Shown here piece after piece: positions 28,750-38,342 of a stretch of DNA of 64,000 bases (position 1 is the stretch's first letter; the number at the start of each line of letters is the position of its first letter). Location: assembly GCA_017462485.1 (NCBI GenBank), contig JAFTRA010000035.1:168-64167 (forward strand), read 5' to 3'. The notes below the pieces were generated by a model. That model did not search any database, was not told the DNA's origin, and worked only from the letters and a program-made list of their open reading frames with translations. The DNA comes from Clostridia bacterium (GTDB lineage: Bacteria; Bacillota; Clostridia; Oscillospirales; CAG-272). Position numbers and translations under genes: made by a program.

Positions 28750-30822
28750 TTACTTTTTCTTGCGCTTTCCCTGGGACGAGCTCGAAAGTCTCTCAGCCTC
28801 GCGCCTTATACGCAAAGCGTCCTCACCGAAAACTCTTTCTAGCTTACTCTTCTTTGACGAGGGCTTCACGGGTGCGGAATTATACTTTATGTTTACTTTT
28901 GCACTGCTTTTCTTACTGTTTTTCGTACTTTTGTTTGCACTTCTTGAATGTGCCATAGTGCCCTTTCCAAGAGTTCTCTGCGAACCGGTTCTTCTATAAG
29001 AGTCACCGCTCATTCCCCTAAAGGCAGGACGTACAAGGCATTCCGCTCCGTTACCTATAAGGTCCTCTCTGCCCGCAAGACGAAGCGCTTCTCTTACAAG
29101 GTTTGCATTCTCGGGGCGCGAATACTGAAGAAGCGCCCTTTGGAGCTGCTTTTCACGATAATCGGTGGTTACGCTTACACGCTTTCCCGTCATTGGGTGG
29201 ATACCCGTGTAATACATTACGGTGGATATCGTACCCGGCGTCGGATAAAAGTCCTGCACCTGCTCGGGTGAATATCCCCATTTTTTAAGCCAAAGCGCCA
29301 TATCAACGGCATCTTTCATAGTTGCTCCCGGGTGGCTGGACATAAGGTACGGTACAAGATACTGCTCAAGCCCTGCTTCGCGGCAAAGCTCAAAATATCT
29401 TTTGCGGAATTTCTCATAGACCTCAACACAAGGCTTACCCATCATAAGTAACGCATTATTCGCACAGTGCTCCGGGGCAACCTTAAGCTGACCTGAAACG
29501 TGGTCGGTAACGAGCTTTTTAAAGAATGACTCGTCCTTATCATATATAAGGTAGTCAAATCTTATGCCGGAACGGATAAACACCTTTTTTATACCCTTGA
29601 TTTTCTCAATCTCCGAGAGCATATGCATATATTCACTGTGGTCAACCTCAAGATTCTTACACGGGGTAGGCGCTAAGCACTTACGGTTAGGACATACTCC
29701 GCTCTCCTTTTGCTTCTCACACGAGGGATATCTGAAATTTGCGGTAGGTCCGCCAACGTCGTTTATATAACCCTTGAAATCGGGCATTGAAGCAATAATT
29801 TCAGCCTCTCGTACAACACTTTTCTCGCTTCTTGAGCGCACCTCTCTGCCCTGGTGAAAGGCAATAGCGCAGAAATTGCAAGCACCAAAGCAGCCTCTGT
29901 TATGCGTTATAGAGAACTTGACCTCGGTGATAGAGGGTACTCCGCCCTCCGCCTCGTAGTCGGGGTGGTAATCCCTTGCATACGGAAGAGCATACACTTG
30001 GTCAAGCTCCTCGCGCTCAAGAGGGGGCATAGGGGGATTTGCCACGAGCATTTTGTCACCGTAGCGTTCTATTATAGCCTTTCCGTGTACCGAATCTGTG
30101 TTTTTGTACTGAATGGCGAACGCCTTTGCGTACGCCTCCTTATCACTTTTAAGAACGTCGTAATCATAGGTTTCCTGCGATTCGAAATTGACACGCTCGC
30201 CATCCTTCGCAAGATAAACCGTTCCTCTGACATCACGAATCTTCTTTATTGGAACGCCCTTATCAAGAAGCTTCGCTATTCGTACGAGAATCTTCTCTCC
30301 CATACCGTAGGCAAGCAGGTCTGCTCTCGAATCAACGAGAATACTGCGGCGCACTTTATCGTCCCAATAATCGTAATGGGCAAAGCGACGAAGCGACGCC
30401 TCAAGTCCGCCTATGATAATCGGCACGTCTCCGTAAGCCTCTCTTATTCTGTTACAATATACTATTACGGCTCTGTCGGGGCGCTTACCCATTTTTCCGC
30501 CCGCGCTGTAATAGTCATAGCTCCTCTTCTTTTTTGAAACCGTATAATGAGCTACCATTGAATCTATATTTCCCGAGGTGACCAAAAAACCAAGACGGGG
30601 TCTGCCGAATCTCTTGAAATCCTCGGCGCTTTTATAATCAGGCTGGGCGAGCACGGCAATTCTGAAGCCCTCTGCCTCAAGCACTCTGCTTATGATAGCC
30701 ACACCGAACGAGGGGTGGTCAACGTAGGCGTCGCCCGTAACGTACACAAAATCAACCTCAGACCAATTTCTTTCCTCAACGTCATTTGCCGTTACCGGCA
30801 GAAAGTCTTTTCTGTCTTTCAT
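28750..30822 (-). CDS. ygiQ: YgiQ-family radical SAM protein (UPF0313) with a basic C-terminal tail
   Basis: Radical-SAM cluster motif NRGCFGACNFCAI. The long N-terminal domain is typical of YgiQ. The ~90-aa C-terminal tail is rich in Lys, Ser and Arg. Confidence 0.85.
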   Translation of the reverse strand: MKDRKDFLPVTANDVEERNWSEVDFVYVTGDAYVDHPSFGVAIISRVLEAEGFRIAVLAQPDYKSAEDFKRFGRPRLGFLVTSGNIDSMVAHYTVSKKKRSYDYYSAGGKMGKRPDRAVIVYCNRIREAYGDVPIIIGGLEASLRRFAHYDYWDDKVRRSILVDSRADLLAYGMGEKILVRIAKLLDKGVPIKKIRDVRGTVYLAKDGERVNFESQETYDYDVLKSDKEAYAKAFAIQYKNTDSVHGKAIIERYGDKMLVANPPMPPLEREELDQVYALPYARDYHPDYEAEGGVPSITEVKFSITHNRGCFGACNFCAIAFHQGREVRSRSEKSVVREAEIIASMPDFKGYINDVGGPTANFRYPSCEKQKESGVCPNRKCLAPTPCKNLEVDHSEYMHMLSEIEKIKGIKKVFIRSGIRFDYLIYDKDESFFKKLVTDHVSGQLKVAPEHCANNALLMMGKPCVEVYEKFRKRYFELCREAGLEQYLVPYLMSSHPGATMKDAVDMALWLKKWGYSPEQVQDFYPTPGTISTVMYYTGIHPMTGKRVSVTTDYREKQLQRALLQYSRPENANLVREALRLAGREDLIGNGAECLVRPAFRGMSGDSYRRTGSQRTLGKGTMAHSRSANKSTKNSKKSSAKVNIKYNSAPVKPSSKKSKLERVFGEDALRIRREAERLSSSSQGKRKKK

Positions 30823-30896
30823 TCCATGCTCCTTTCGTTTTTCTCTGAGTTTTGCAAATAACAGTTTGCATTTTCAAGCTTCCAAAGCTCAATATC

Positions 30897-30933
30897 ACAA
30901 AAAAGGCTGTTGCAAATCAAAATTTGTAACAGC
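30897..30933 (-). terminator. Intrinsic terminator downstream of hisS
   Basis: On the minus strand, GCTGTTACAAA-ttttg-ATTTGCAACAGC followed by CTTTTTTGTG. Confidence 0.75.
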
Positions 30934-31025
30934 GCTCTTTCGTATAAATCAAAGCGCCTTTTTGACGGATTTTCCCAAGTCTTAAGGGCTTTAGCAACTC
31001 AAACTAAAAGTCTTTACTGATAATA

Positions 31026-32273
31026 TTAAATCACAAAGCTATCAAGCTGAACCTCGCTCTGCGTTCCGTCCTGCATATTACGAAGCTGCGCGCGTCCTGC
31101 CTCAATTTCGCTCTCGCCTATGATAAGCGTATATTTTGCGCCTATTTTATTGGCATATTTCATCTGCGCCTTAAGGCTTCTTCCAACGATATCACACTCG
31201 CATATCTTGCCCGCACGTCTGAGTCTTTCCGATATTTCAAGCGCCTTTATCTGCGCCGCCTCACCAAGAGCCGCAACGTAAAGCGAGGGAGCTTCCGAGG
31301 GAATATTATCGAGTCCCTGCTCCTTCATAGCGAGAATTATTCTCGTAAGTCCCATACCGAATCCGATACCCGAAAGCTTAGGACCGCCGAGTGACTCAAC
31401 AAGTCCGTCATAGCGACCGCCGCCGCATACGGTAGACTGAGCTCCGATGCCCTCGGCTATAAACTCGAAGACAGCGCCTGTATAATAATCAAGACCTCTG
31501 ACTATCGAAGAATCAACAACGTACTCAATTCCCATAGCGTCAAGCGATTTTTTAAGCATATCAAACTTTGCCTCACAGCTTTCGCAAAGATGCTCGGTGG
31601 TTTTGGGAGCGAGCGTCGCTATTTCGTGGCAATCGGGATTCTTGCAGTCGAGAAGACGCAGGGGGTTTTTATCAAGTCTTGTCTTACAAGTGTCACAAAG
31701 CTTGTCCTTATATTTCTCAAAGTGAGAAACGAGAGCGGAACGGTATGCCGGGCGGCACTCCTTACAGCCGATAGAGTTTATGTGAAGCTTTACGTTCTTG
31801 AGTCCGAGACGGCGGATAACCGCAGCCGCAAGAGATATAGCGGTAGCGTCCGACGCAGGATTCTCCGAGCCGAACATTTCGGTTCCAAACTGGAAGAACT
31901 CACGGCTTCTGCCCGCCTGGGGCTTCTCGTGGCGGAAGCAAGATATTATATAGTAATACTTAAGGGGCATAGTGTCCGAGCACTTGCCGTTTTCAATTAT
32001 AGCTCTGGCAACAGACGCAGTACCCTCGGGGCGAAGCGATATGGAGCGTCCCTCGTCTCTGTCCTGGAAGGTGTACATTTCCTTCTGAACTACGTCGGTG
32101 GTATCTCCTACTCCTCGTACGAAGAGCTCTGTATTTTCAAAGGTGGGAGTTCTGATTTCTCCGTAGCCGTACTTTTCTGCCTCTTCCCTCATTATTCCCT
32201 CTATATAGCGGAACAGGGGGGTTTCGTTCGGCATAATATCCATTGTACCTTTAATTTTCTGAATCATCGTCAT
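31026..32273 (-). CDS. hisS: Histidine--tRNA ligase
   Basis: Class II aaRS motifs: GTMDIMP, EIRTPTFE, RPEGT, FRHEKPQAGRSREF, GGGRYD. Confidence 0.95.
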   Translation of the reverse strand: MTMIQKIKGTMDIMPNETPLFRYIEGIMREEAEKYGYGEIRTPTFENTELFVRGVGDTTDVVQKEMYTFQDRDEGRSISLRPEGTASVARAIIENGKCSDTMPLKYYYIISCFRHEKPQAGRSREFFQFGTEMFGSENPASDATAISLAAAVIRRLGLKNVKLHINSIGCKECRPAYRSALVSHFEKYKDKLCDTCKTRLDKNPLRLLDCKNPDCHEIATLAPKTTEHLCESCEAKFDMLKKSLDAMGIEYVVDSSIVRGLDYYTGAVFEFIAEGIGAQSTVCGGGRYDGLVESLGGPKLSGIGFGMGLTRIILAMKEQGLDNIPSEAPSLYVAALGEAAQIKALEISERLRRAGKICECDIVGRSLKAQMKYANKIGAKYTLIIGESEIEAGRAQLRNMQDGTQSEVQLDSFVI

Positions 32274-32664
32274 TTCCTCCGTTTTCTCCGTGAGCTATAT
32301 TCAAAAGCTCCTCTATTCGCTCCTCGTCTCCTATGAACGAGAGCATTCCTATGACCGCCTCGAAGCCGGTCGCCGTTCTGTAATCCTTACCCGATGCGTG
32401 ACGGGGCTTATTCAGGTGCGTGGAATTATACGCCCTGCGAAAAACGTCCATCTCGTCATCAAGAAGCTTATCTTCGATTTTTTTATACGCCTCGGATTGC
32501 GCCTCTGCGGTAACGTAGCGTAGCGCAAGCTCATTGAGCTCTCCCGATTTCGAAAGACCGCGTTTTACCAGCATAGTTCGAACGAAAAGCGAATGACGCG
32601 CGTCTCCTATATACGAAAGCGCTCCGACAGAAGGCAGAGCCGCTCCGATTATTTTACCGTGCAT
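32251..32664 (-). CDS. mrnC: Mini-ribonuclease III
   Basis: LSYIGDARHSLFVR and ATGFEAVIGML motifs in a ~137-aa single RNase III catalytic domain. Its 3' end overlaps the hisS start. Confidence 0.85.
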   Translation of the reverse strand: MHGKIIGAALPSVGALSYIGDARHSLFVRTMLVKRGLSKSGELNELALRYVTAEAQSEAYKKIEDKLLDDEMDVFRRAYNSTHLNKPRHASGKDYRTATGFEAVIGMLSFIGDEERIEELLNIAHGENGGNDDDSEN

Positions 32665-32791
32665 TTTCCGTACCGTCCCGTAAAATCATATTTCAATTCA
32701 CAATATAAACAGTATATCAAATTTCGCAAACGAAATCAATAGTTATATAAAATATTTATGAGCTTTTTCAAAATAATTTGGCACGTGGCTA

Positions 32792-32820
32792 TTGACTTAT
32801 ATGTTTATGCGTTATATAAT
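32792..32820 (+). promoter_or_regulatory. Sigma-A promoter for the EamA-family transporter gene
   Basis: TTGACT (32792-97), a 17-nt spacer, then TATAAT (32815-20). Confidence 0.65.
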
Positions 32821-32875
32821 TCTACTGTTATGAATTTCAAAGGATAAAATTCGCGGTGTTTTTTGGAGGTCCAAA

Positions 32876-33733
32876 ATGAAGCTCTGGGTAACGTTCGTGG
32901 TTATCTACGGTATTCTTAAAGGCGCAAGAGAGCCTATAAAAAAGAAAATACTTGGCGACGTTAACGTTCTCACTACACTATTTGCGTATTCCGCGGTGGG
33001 TTTTATTATGGTCGCCCCATTTTCAGTCGGGATTTTTGATATACCGATAGATATATTTATGCTGGTGCTCTTAAAATCGGCGTCAATCGTCGTCGCTTGG
33101 CTTATGATGTTTGAATCAATCAAGCACGTGCCCGTGTCGATTTACGGAATAACTGACAGCTCCCGTGTCATTTTCTCAACGCTTATGGGAGTGCTGTTTT
33201 TTAAGGAAACGTTAAAACTCTTGGGAGTCGTCAGCCTCTTGCTCGTTGCATTTGGTTTATTTCTTGCGAACTACAAAAAGAGGGCGGGAAGCAACGCTGA
33301 AAAATACGAGATAAAATACGTTTTCATAATAATGCTCGGCTGCCTTTTGAACGCTGTGTCCGGAACGCTTGACAAATATCTTATGTCCACGGGAAAAATT
33401 ACCGAATCCGCTATGCAGTTCTGGTTCATGCTCACGATGGCGGCTATGTATCTTCTTTGTATAGTCCTGAGACGTGAGAAGTTTGAGATAAAAAAGGCTA
33501 TAAAAAACCCTTGGATATATGCTTTAAGTCTTTTTCTCGTCGTTGGTGACAGACTGCTATTTATGGCAAACTCCGACCCTGAAAGCCTAGTTACCGTTAT
33601 GACGCTTATAAAGCAATCCTCCACCGTCGTGACCATAATTCTCGGCAAGGTCGTTTACAAAGAGAAAAATATGATAAGAAAATTTATATCAGCCGCAATT
33701 ATCATCACCGGAATTATGATTTCGGTTCTTTAG
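32876..33733 (+). CDS. EamA/DMT-superfamily transporter
   Basis: 285 aa with about 10 TM segments and a two-fold internal repeat typical of the drug/metabolite transporter superfamily. Confidence 0.7.
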   Translation: MKLWVTFVVIYGILKGAREPIKKKILGDVNVLTTLFAYSAVGFIMVAPFSVGIFDIPIDIFMLVLLKSASIVVAWLMMFESIKHVPVSIYGITDSSRVIFSTLMGVLFFKETLKLLGVVSLLLVAFGLFLANYKKRAGSNAEKYEIKYVFIIMLGCLLNAVSGTLDKYLMSTGKITESAMQFWFMLTMAAMYLLCIVLRREKFEIKKAIKNPWIYALSLFLVVGDRLLFMANSDPESLVTVMTLIKQSSTVVTIILGKVVYKEKNMIRKFISAAIIITGIMISVL

Positions 33734-33839
33734 TGAGACCGTATTATTTAGAGGCGTAATAAAACTGCGATAATGGAACAAGTTTTTTCGGCAGAAGCTC
33801 AATCGTCAAGCTTATATATAAAAATATTTTTTAAAAGTC

Positions 33840-33869
33840 TTGCAATTGTGCTTCACGCTATGATATAAT
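33840..33869 (+). promoter_or_regulatory. Sigma-A promoter with extended -10 for the yggS-sepF-lspA-rluD operon
   Basis: TTGCAA (33840-45), an 18-nt spacer, then TGaTATAAT (33861-69). Confidence 0.6.
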
Positions 33870-33912
33870 TATTGTTGTAAAAGTATATTTTGTTTAAAAA
33901 ACGGTATTTTTG

Positions 33913-34617
33913 ATGAACGAATTTGATTATATCACTAAAAATCTGGATAGGCTTCGCAAAGAAATCTCGGAAATAGCAAAGCGCTCTTCCGTGCCCGAGC
34001 CGAAGCTGGTTGCCGTTACAAAAAGCGGTAGCGATGAGGAACTTTTAGCTCTTGCAAAGGCAGGCGTATCCGCAATAGGAGAAAACCGCCCGGGCGAGCT
34101 TAAAAGACGAGGCGAATTGCTTATGCAAAGCGGCTTCTATCCCGAGCTTCATCAGATTGGAACTCTTCAATCAAATAAGGCAAAGCTCGTTTATGATAAG
34201 GCAACGCTTATCCACTCGCTTGACTCACACTCGCTTTTAAAGGAGCTTGAGAAGCTCGGAGCGAGAAACGGGGTAAAAATTCCCGCTCTCATTGAGATTA
34301 ACTCCGCGGCTGAGCCGCAGAAAAGCGGCGTGCTTCCCGATGATGCCGAGAGATTTCTTGAGAGTGCGCTCGAATTCAGCCACGTTCAAATCTCCGGTCT
34401 TATGACGATGGGACCTGCCGTCCCTGACCCCGAGGACCTACGGCGTTACTTCCGTTTGACAAAAGAGCTTTTTGACAAGCTTCACTCCCGTTACGGCTTT
34501 GGAGAAGCTCCTACTCTTTCTATGGGTATGAGCGACAGCTTTGGAGTTGCTATCGAGGAGGGCTCGACTCTCGTCAGAGTCGGGCGCAGACTATTTATGA
34601 AAAATCAGGAGGACTAG
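33913..34617 (+). CDS. yggS: YggS/YlmE-family pyridoxal-phosphate homeostasis protein
   Basis: VAVTKS (PLP lysine context), GENRPGEL, HQIGTLQSNK and SMGMSDS motifs. Confidence 0.9.
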   Translation: MNEFDYITKNLDRLRKEISEIAKRSSVPEPKLVAVTKSGSDEELLALAKAGVSAIGENRPGELKRRGELLMQSGFYPELHQIGTLQSNKAKLVYDKATLIHSLDSHSLLKELEKLGARNGVKIPALIEINSAAEPQKSGVLPDDAERFLESALEFSHVQISGLMTMGPAVPDPEDLRRYFRLTKELFDKLHSRYGFGEAPTLSMGMSDSFGVAIEEGSTLVRVGRRLFMKNQED

Positions 34618-34622
34618 TACCT

Positions 34623-35027
34623 ATGGCTTTTATGAAAAACTGGGCAGACAGAATTAACAAAAAACTTCAGGATTCCGAAGAGGAAATCACCTTCAAGAAT
34701 TTCGACGAGGAGAGCGAGGAAATTACCGCTCCCAAGCCCGAGCCCCAGGGCTCTACCCTTAAGGTTGACGAAAACGGCAAGGACAGCGGAATAAGATTCA
34801 AGCTCGTTAAGCCTTCCGGCTTCGAGGAGGTCAGCAAGATTGCGGACCATCTTATAGAGGGCTGCACCGTCGTTCTCAATACCGAGCTTCTCGACAAGCC
34901 GACTTGCCGCAGAATGCTTGACTTCTTAAACGGCGTTACATACACCACCGACGGCTACATCAATGCTGTGGCTCTCAATACCTACATAATTACGCCTCAC
35001 GACGTTGACGTTTCCGACGAGGGCTGA
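34623..35027 (+). CDS. sepF: Cell division protein SepF
   Basis: The C-terminal SepF core (KPSGFEEVSKIADHLIEGCTVVLN...RRMLDFLNGVTY...ITP) sits immediately after yggS, as in the dcw-distal ylm cluster. Confidence 0.9.
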   Translation: MAFMKNWADRINKKLQDSEEEITFKNFDEESEEITAPKPEPQGSTLKVDENGKDSGIRFKLVKPSGFEEVSKIADHLIEGCTVVLNTELLDKPTCRRMLDFLNGVTYTTDGYINAVALNTYIITPHDVDVSDEG

Positions 35028-35035
35028 CGCAAAAG

Positions 35036-35581
35036 ATGAATTTACCCTTCAAGCTTAAAAAGCTAAGTGCTGCGGAGTACGTCACGTATTCGGCAATAAT
35101 TGCGCTTGGCATAATTTTAGACCAGCTTACCAAGTGGCTTTCGGTAGAATTTCTCTCAAAAATCGACACGCTACCCATCATAAAGAACGTTATTCATCTC
35201 ACCTACGTTGAAAACCGCGGAGCAGCGTTCGGTATGTTTGCCGACAAACGCTGGGTGTTTATGATAACCTCTACCGTTATGATAGTGGGACTTCTCGCTT
35301 ACCTTTATCTCGGACTTTCGGAAAACAGACTTTACGCCGTATCAATCTCGATGATAATTTCGGGCGGAATAGGAAATATGATAGACCGTATCGCACTTGG
35401 ATACGTAGTAGATTTTATTGATTTCAGACTAATCAATTTCGCGGTATTTAACGGAGCGGATTCCTTCGTTTGCGTTGGCGCGGGGCTTCTTGTGCTTGCG
35501 CTCGTTCTTGACATAGTTAAGGAAGCAAAGGGAAAAAAGGCGCTCTCAGATAATACCGAAGAGGATAGCGATAAAGGATAG
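35036..35581 (+). CDS. lspA: Lipoprotein signal peptidase II
   Basis: DQLTKW, NRGAAFG, GGIGNMIDR, VVDFIDF and FNGADS motifs. Confidence 0.95.
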   Translation: MNLPFKLKKLSAAEYVTYSAIIALGIILDQLTKWLSVEFLSKIDTLPIIKNVIHLTYVENRGAAFGMFADKRWVFMITSTVMIVGLLAYLYLGLSENRLYAVSISMIISGGIGNMIDRIALGYVVDFIDFRLINFAVFNGADSFVCVGAGLLVLALVLDIVKEAKGKKALSDNTEEDSDKG

Positions 35582-35587
35582 CGATAA

Positions 35588-36535
35588 ATGACATTTACTG
35601 TTAATAAAGAAGACGTCGGCGCTCGTCTTGATGCTTATCTCGCAAAAGCTACGGGAGAATCAAGGAGCGCCGTTGTTCGTGCAATAGACGAGGGACGTGT
35701 TGAGATAAACGGCTCGTCTGACTCTAAAATCACAGACAAAAAATACAAGGTTGCCCTAGGTGACGTAATAGTATTTACCGAAGAAGAGGTTGTAGAATAC
35801 GAGGCTGTAGCAGAGGATATTCCGCTTGATATAATTTATGAGGATGATGATATCATAGTTATAAACAAGCCGTCAGGAATGGTCGTTCACCCTGCGGCAG
35901 GAAATTTTTCCGGCACGCTCGTTAACGCACTCTTACATCACTGCCGCGGCTCGCTTTCGGGTATCGGCGGAGTTATGCGCCCGGGAATAGTTCACAGAAT
36001 AGATAAGGACACCTCGGGGCTTCTCGTAGTCGCGAAGAACGATTTTTCGCACAGAGCCTTATCCGAGGAGCTTGAACACCACGGAATCGTGCGTGAATAT
36101 CACGCTCTCGTAAACGGCGGCTTCAAATCAGAGACCGGAACGGTTAATATGCCGATAGGCCGTCACCCTGTGGACAGAAAGAAAATGGCGGTCCTTCCTT
36201 TGGGAGCTGCCGGCGCAAAAAGCGCCATAACTCACTACGAGGTTATTTCTTCGTACGGCAGAATAACTTATCTTAAGCTGATACTCGAAACGGGAAGAAC
36301 GCACCAAATAAGAGTGCATATGTCGCACACCGGCCACCCTCTTCTTGGAGACACGGTTTACGGCGGTGGAAGAAGCCAATTTGAAAAGGCTCACGCAAAG
36401 CTCTTCTTTGGTCAAGCGCTTCACGCAAAGAGACTGACTCTCACCCACCCGAGAACGAAGGAAAGAATGACCTTCGAGTCGCCTTTGCCAAATGAATTCG
36501 AGAAGCTTCTTGAAATATTAAACAGTTTGGAATAA
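35588..36535 (+). CDS. rluD: RluA-family 23S rRNA pseudouridine synthase (RluD-like)
   Basis: N-terminal S4 domain (RLDAYLAK), catalytic HRIDKDTSGLLVVAK, and THQIRVH. Confidence 0.9.
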   Translation: MTFTVNKEDVGARLDAYLAKATGESRSAVVRAIDEGRVEINGSSDSKITDKKYKVALGDVIVFTEEEVVEYEAVAEDIPLDIIYEDDDIIVINKPSGMVVHPAAGNFSGTLVNALLHHCRGSLSGIGGVMRPGIVHRIDKDTSGLLVVAKNDFSHRALSEELEHHGIVREYHALVNGGFKSETGTVNMPIGRHPVDRKKMAVLPLGAAGAKSAITHYEVISSYGRITYLKLILETGRTHQIRVHMSHTGHPLLGDTVYGGGRSQFEKAHAKLFFGQALHAKRLTLTHPRTKERMTFESPLPNEFEKLLEILNSLE

Positions 36536-36542
36536 AGAAAAT

Positions 36543-36590
36543 AAAAGAGTTACCCTGGTAAAAAACACTCGGGTAACTCTTTTATTTGTA
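36543..36590. terminator. Bidirectional intrinsic terminator
   Basis: Perfect 13-bp stem AAAAGAGTTACCC / GGGTAACTCTTTT with A- and T-rich flanks, between convergent genes ending at 36535 (+) and 36636 (-). Confidence 0.85.
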
Positions 36591-36635
36591 AACAAATATT
36601 AGAATTATATTGCTTTTATAAAAAATTCAGTTAAC

Positions 36636-37481
36636 TTATAGCACCTTTGACAAGAAATCTTTTAGCCTTGCGTCCTTGGGATTATCGAAGATTTCCGCGG
36701 GAGTACCCTCTTCTTTAATAACGCCCTCGTCAACGAATATTATTCGATCGGCAACCTCTCTCGCAAATCCCATTTCGTGAGTCACGACAACCATCGTCAT
36801 ACCCTCATCGGCAAGAGTTTTAATAAGGTCGAGAACCTCGCCTACCATTTCGGGATCAAGCGCTGAGGTAGGCTCGTCAAAGAGCATAACGTCCGGATTC
36901 ATAGCAAGAGCTCTTACGATTGCTATTCTCTGCTTCTGACCGCCCGAAAGAGTTGAGGGATAAACCTCAGCCTTTTCTTCAAGCCCTATTCTGCGAAGAA
37001 GAGCATAAGCGCGCTCTTCAGCCTCCGCCTTTATCTCTTTTACCGTTTTTTCTATGGGTATAAGCTCAGATTTGTTTTTCTTGAAGACGTTAGTAAGCTT
37101 TATAAAGAAATTCTTTACGGCGCGCTTGCGATACTTGGTAACGCCTATATGTACAGGCGCCATCATTATATTTTCAAGAACCGTCTTATTGTTGAAAAGA
37201 TTAAACTGCTGGAATACCATTCCGATATGCTCGCGATGCTTGTTTATATCCGTTTTCATATCGGCTATATCCTCGCCGTTAAAGTATATCGAGCCACCCG
37301 TGGGGTCCTCCATACAGTTAAGGCAACGCAAAAGAGTAGATTTTCCCGAGCCGGAGGCTCCGAGAATTACCACCTTTTCACCCTGCTTCACGGTAAGATT
37401 TATTCCTTTGAGAACGTCGTTGCCGTCGCCAAACGACTTTTTCAAGCCCTCAACCTTAAGGATTATATTGTTTTCATTCAT
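36636..37481 (-). CDS. Polar amino-acid ABC transporter ATP-binding protein (GlnQ-like) with an internal insertion
   Basis: Walker [11 protein letters not shown]-loop, signature LSGGQKQR, Walker [13 protein letters not shown] ~35-40-aa Lys-rich segment is inserted after the Q-loop. Confidence 0.9.
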   Translation of the reverse strand: MNENNIILKVEGLKKSFGDGNDVLKGINLTVKQGEKVVILGASGSGKSTLLRCLNCMEDPTGGSIYFNGEDIADMKTDINKHREHIGMVFQQFNLFNNKTVLENIMMAPVHIGVTKYRKRAVKNFFIKLTNVFKKNKSELIPIEKTVKEIKAEAEERAYALLRRIGLEEKAEVYPSTLSGGQKQRIAIVRALAMNPDVMLFDEPTSALDPEMVGEVLDLIKTLADEGMTMVVVTHEMGFAREVADRIIFVDEGVIKEEGTPAEIFDNPKDARLKDFLSKVL

Positions 37482-37495
37482 ACACGTACACCTCC

Positions 37496-38230
37496 TTAAG
37501 CCCGCTTTGCCTTTGGATTAGTCCTTGCTCTGTCGCTCTTGGCAAATATATTTTCAAGAAGCTTAACAAGAAGCGTAATAAGCAATACCAGAACTATATA
37601 TATCGCAGCCATTACAAGATAAGGAACCATTTTTTCGTAATTCTTGCTTCCTATCGTGCTTAGCGCGGTATAAAGGTCATAGACGGTTATAAAGCTTAAA
37701 ACCGAGGTTTCCTTAATAAGAGTTATAAACTCGTTACCAAGAGTCGGAAGTATATTCTTTACCGCCTGCGGAATAACTACCTTTATCATAGTAGTTCCAT
37801 AGCTTAAGCCAAGAGCTCTGCCTGCTTCCATCTGACCTTTATCGACCGAATTCAAGCCGCCTCTCATAATTTCAGAGACGTAAGAGCCGCTGTTCATACC
37901 AAAAACGACGATACCTACCACTATCGACTCAACTTCCTTTATTCCGAGCATAGGAAGAAGCACGTAATACGCCAAAAGGAGCTGAACTACCATCGGCGTA
38001 CCCCTGAATATAGCTACGTAAACCGTGCATATCTTATCAAGAACTCTGTTTATTCTGCTGTACTTTGGCGCAACCTTTATAACGGCTATTACCGTACCGA
38101 TTACGATACCTATTATAAGACCGAGAACGGCAACCTTTATCGTATTAAGGAAGCCGGTTAAAAGAAGCTCTCTGAAATATTCACCTTCCATAGTGGAAAT
38201 GAATTTTTCCCATTTTACTCCCCAATTCAT
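37496..38230 (-). CDS. Polar amino-acid ABC transporter permease (HisM/GlnP family)
   Basis: EAA-like loop [23 protein letters not shown] and [11 protein letters not shown]. Confidence 0.9.
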   Translation of the reverse strand: MNWGVKWEKFISTMEGEYFRELLLTGFLNTIKVAVLGLIIGIVIGTVIAVIKVAPKYSRINRVLDKICTVYVAIFRGTPMVVQLLLAYYVLLPMLGIKEVESIVVGIVVFGMNSGSYVSEIMRGGLNSVDKGQMEAGRALGLSYGTTMIKVVIPQAVKNILPTLGNEFITLIKETSVLSFITVYDLYTALSTIGSKNYEKMVPYLVMAAIYIVLVLLITLLVKLLENIFAKSDRARTNPKAKRA

Positions 38231-38253
38231 CTGAAAATCACTCCATTACCGGA

Positions 38254-38285
38254 GAATAGCTCAAGCCGTAAAGCTTGAGCTATTC
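38254..38285 (-). promoter_or_regulatory. Intercistronic 13-bp perfect hairpin between the binding-protein and permease genes
   Basis: GAATAGCTCAAGC-cgtaaa-GCTTGAGCTATTC. On the minus strand there is no clean U-tract after it. Confidence 0.5.
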
Positions 38286-38342
38286 TTCATATTTTTCGAG
38301 ACTGCCCTATTCTTTACACAAGTCAGCCCGTTTTCGTATCTA

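Noticed and set aside
28438-28999. Two listed + strand ORFs (87 and 123 aa) in and around the pcrA-ygiQ intergenic region
   Set aside because: They have no RBS and odd Phe/Lys-rich composition. One runs antisense into ygiQ. The region is better explained as regulatory DNA containing the DnaA-box-like motifs, a terminator and a promoter.
29854-30537. 227-aa + strand ORF antisense to ygiQ
   Set aside because: Shadow ORF opposite a radical-SAM gene with a clear CxxxCxxC motif.
31590-32336. 248-aa + strand ORF antisense to hisS
   Set aside because: hisS on the minus strand has unambiguous class II aaRS motifs. The + ORF is a shadow frame.
32665-32875. T-box leader expected upstream of hisS/mrnC
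   Set aside because: I found no match to the T-box consensus (AATTAGGGTGGTACCGCG or its complement) and no long structured leader. The region mainly holds the divergent EamA promoter.
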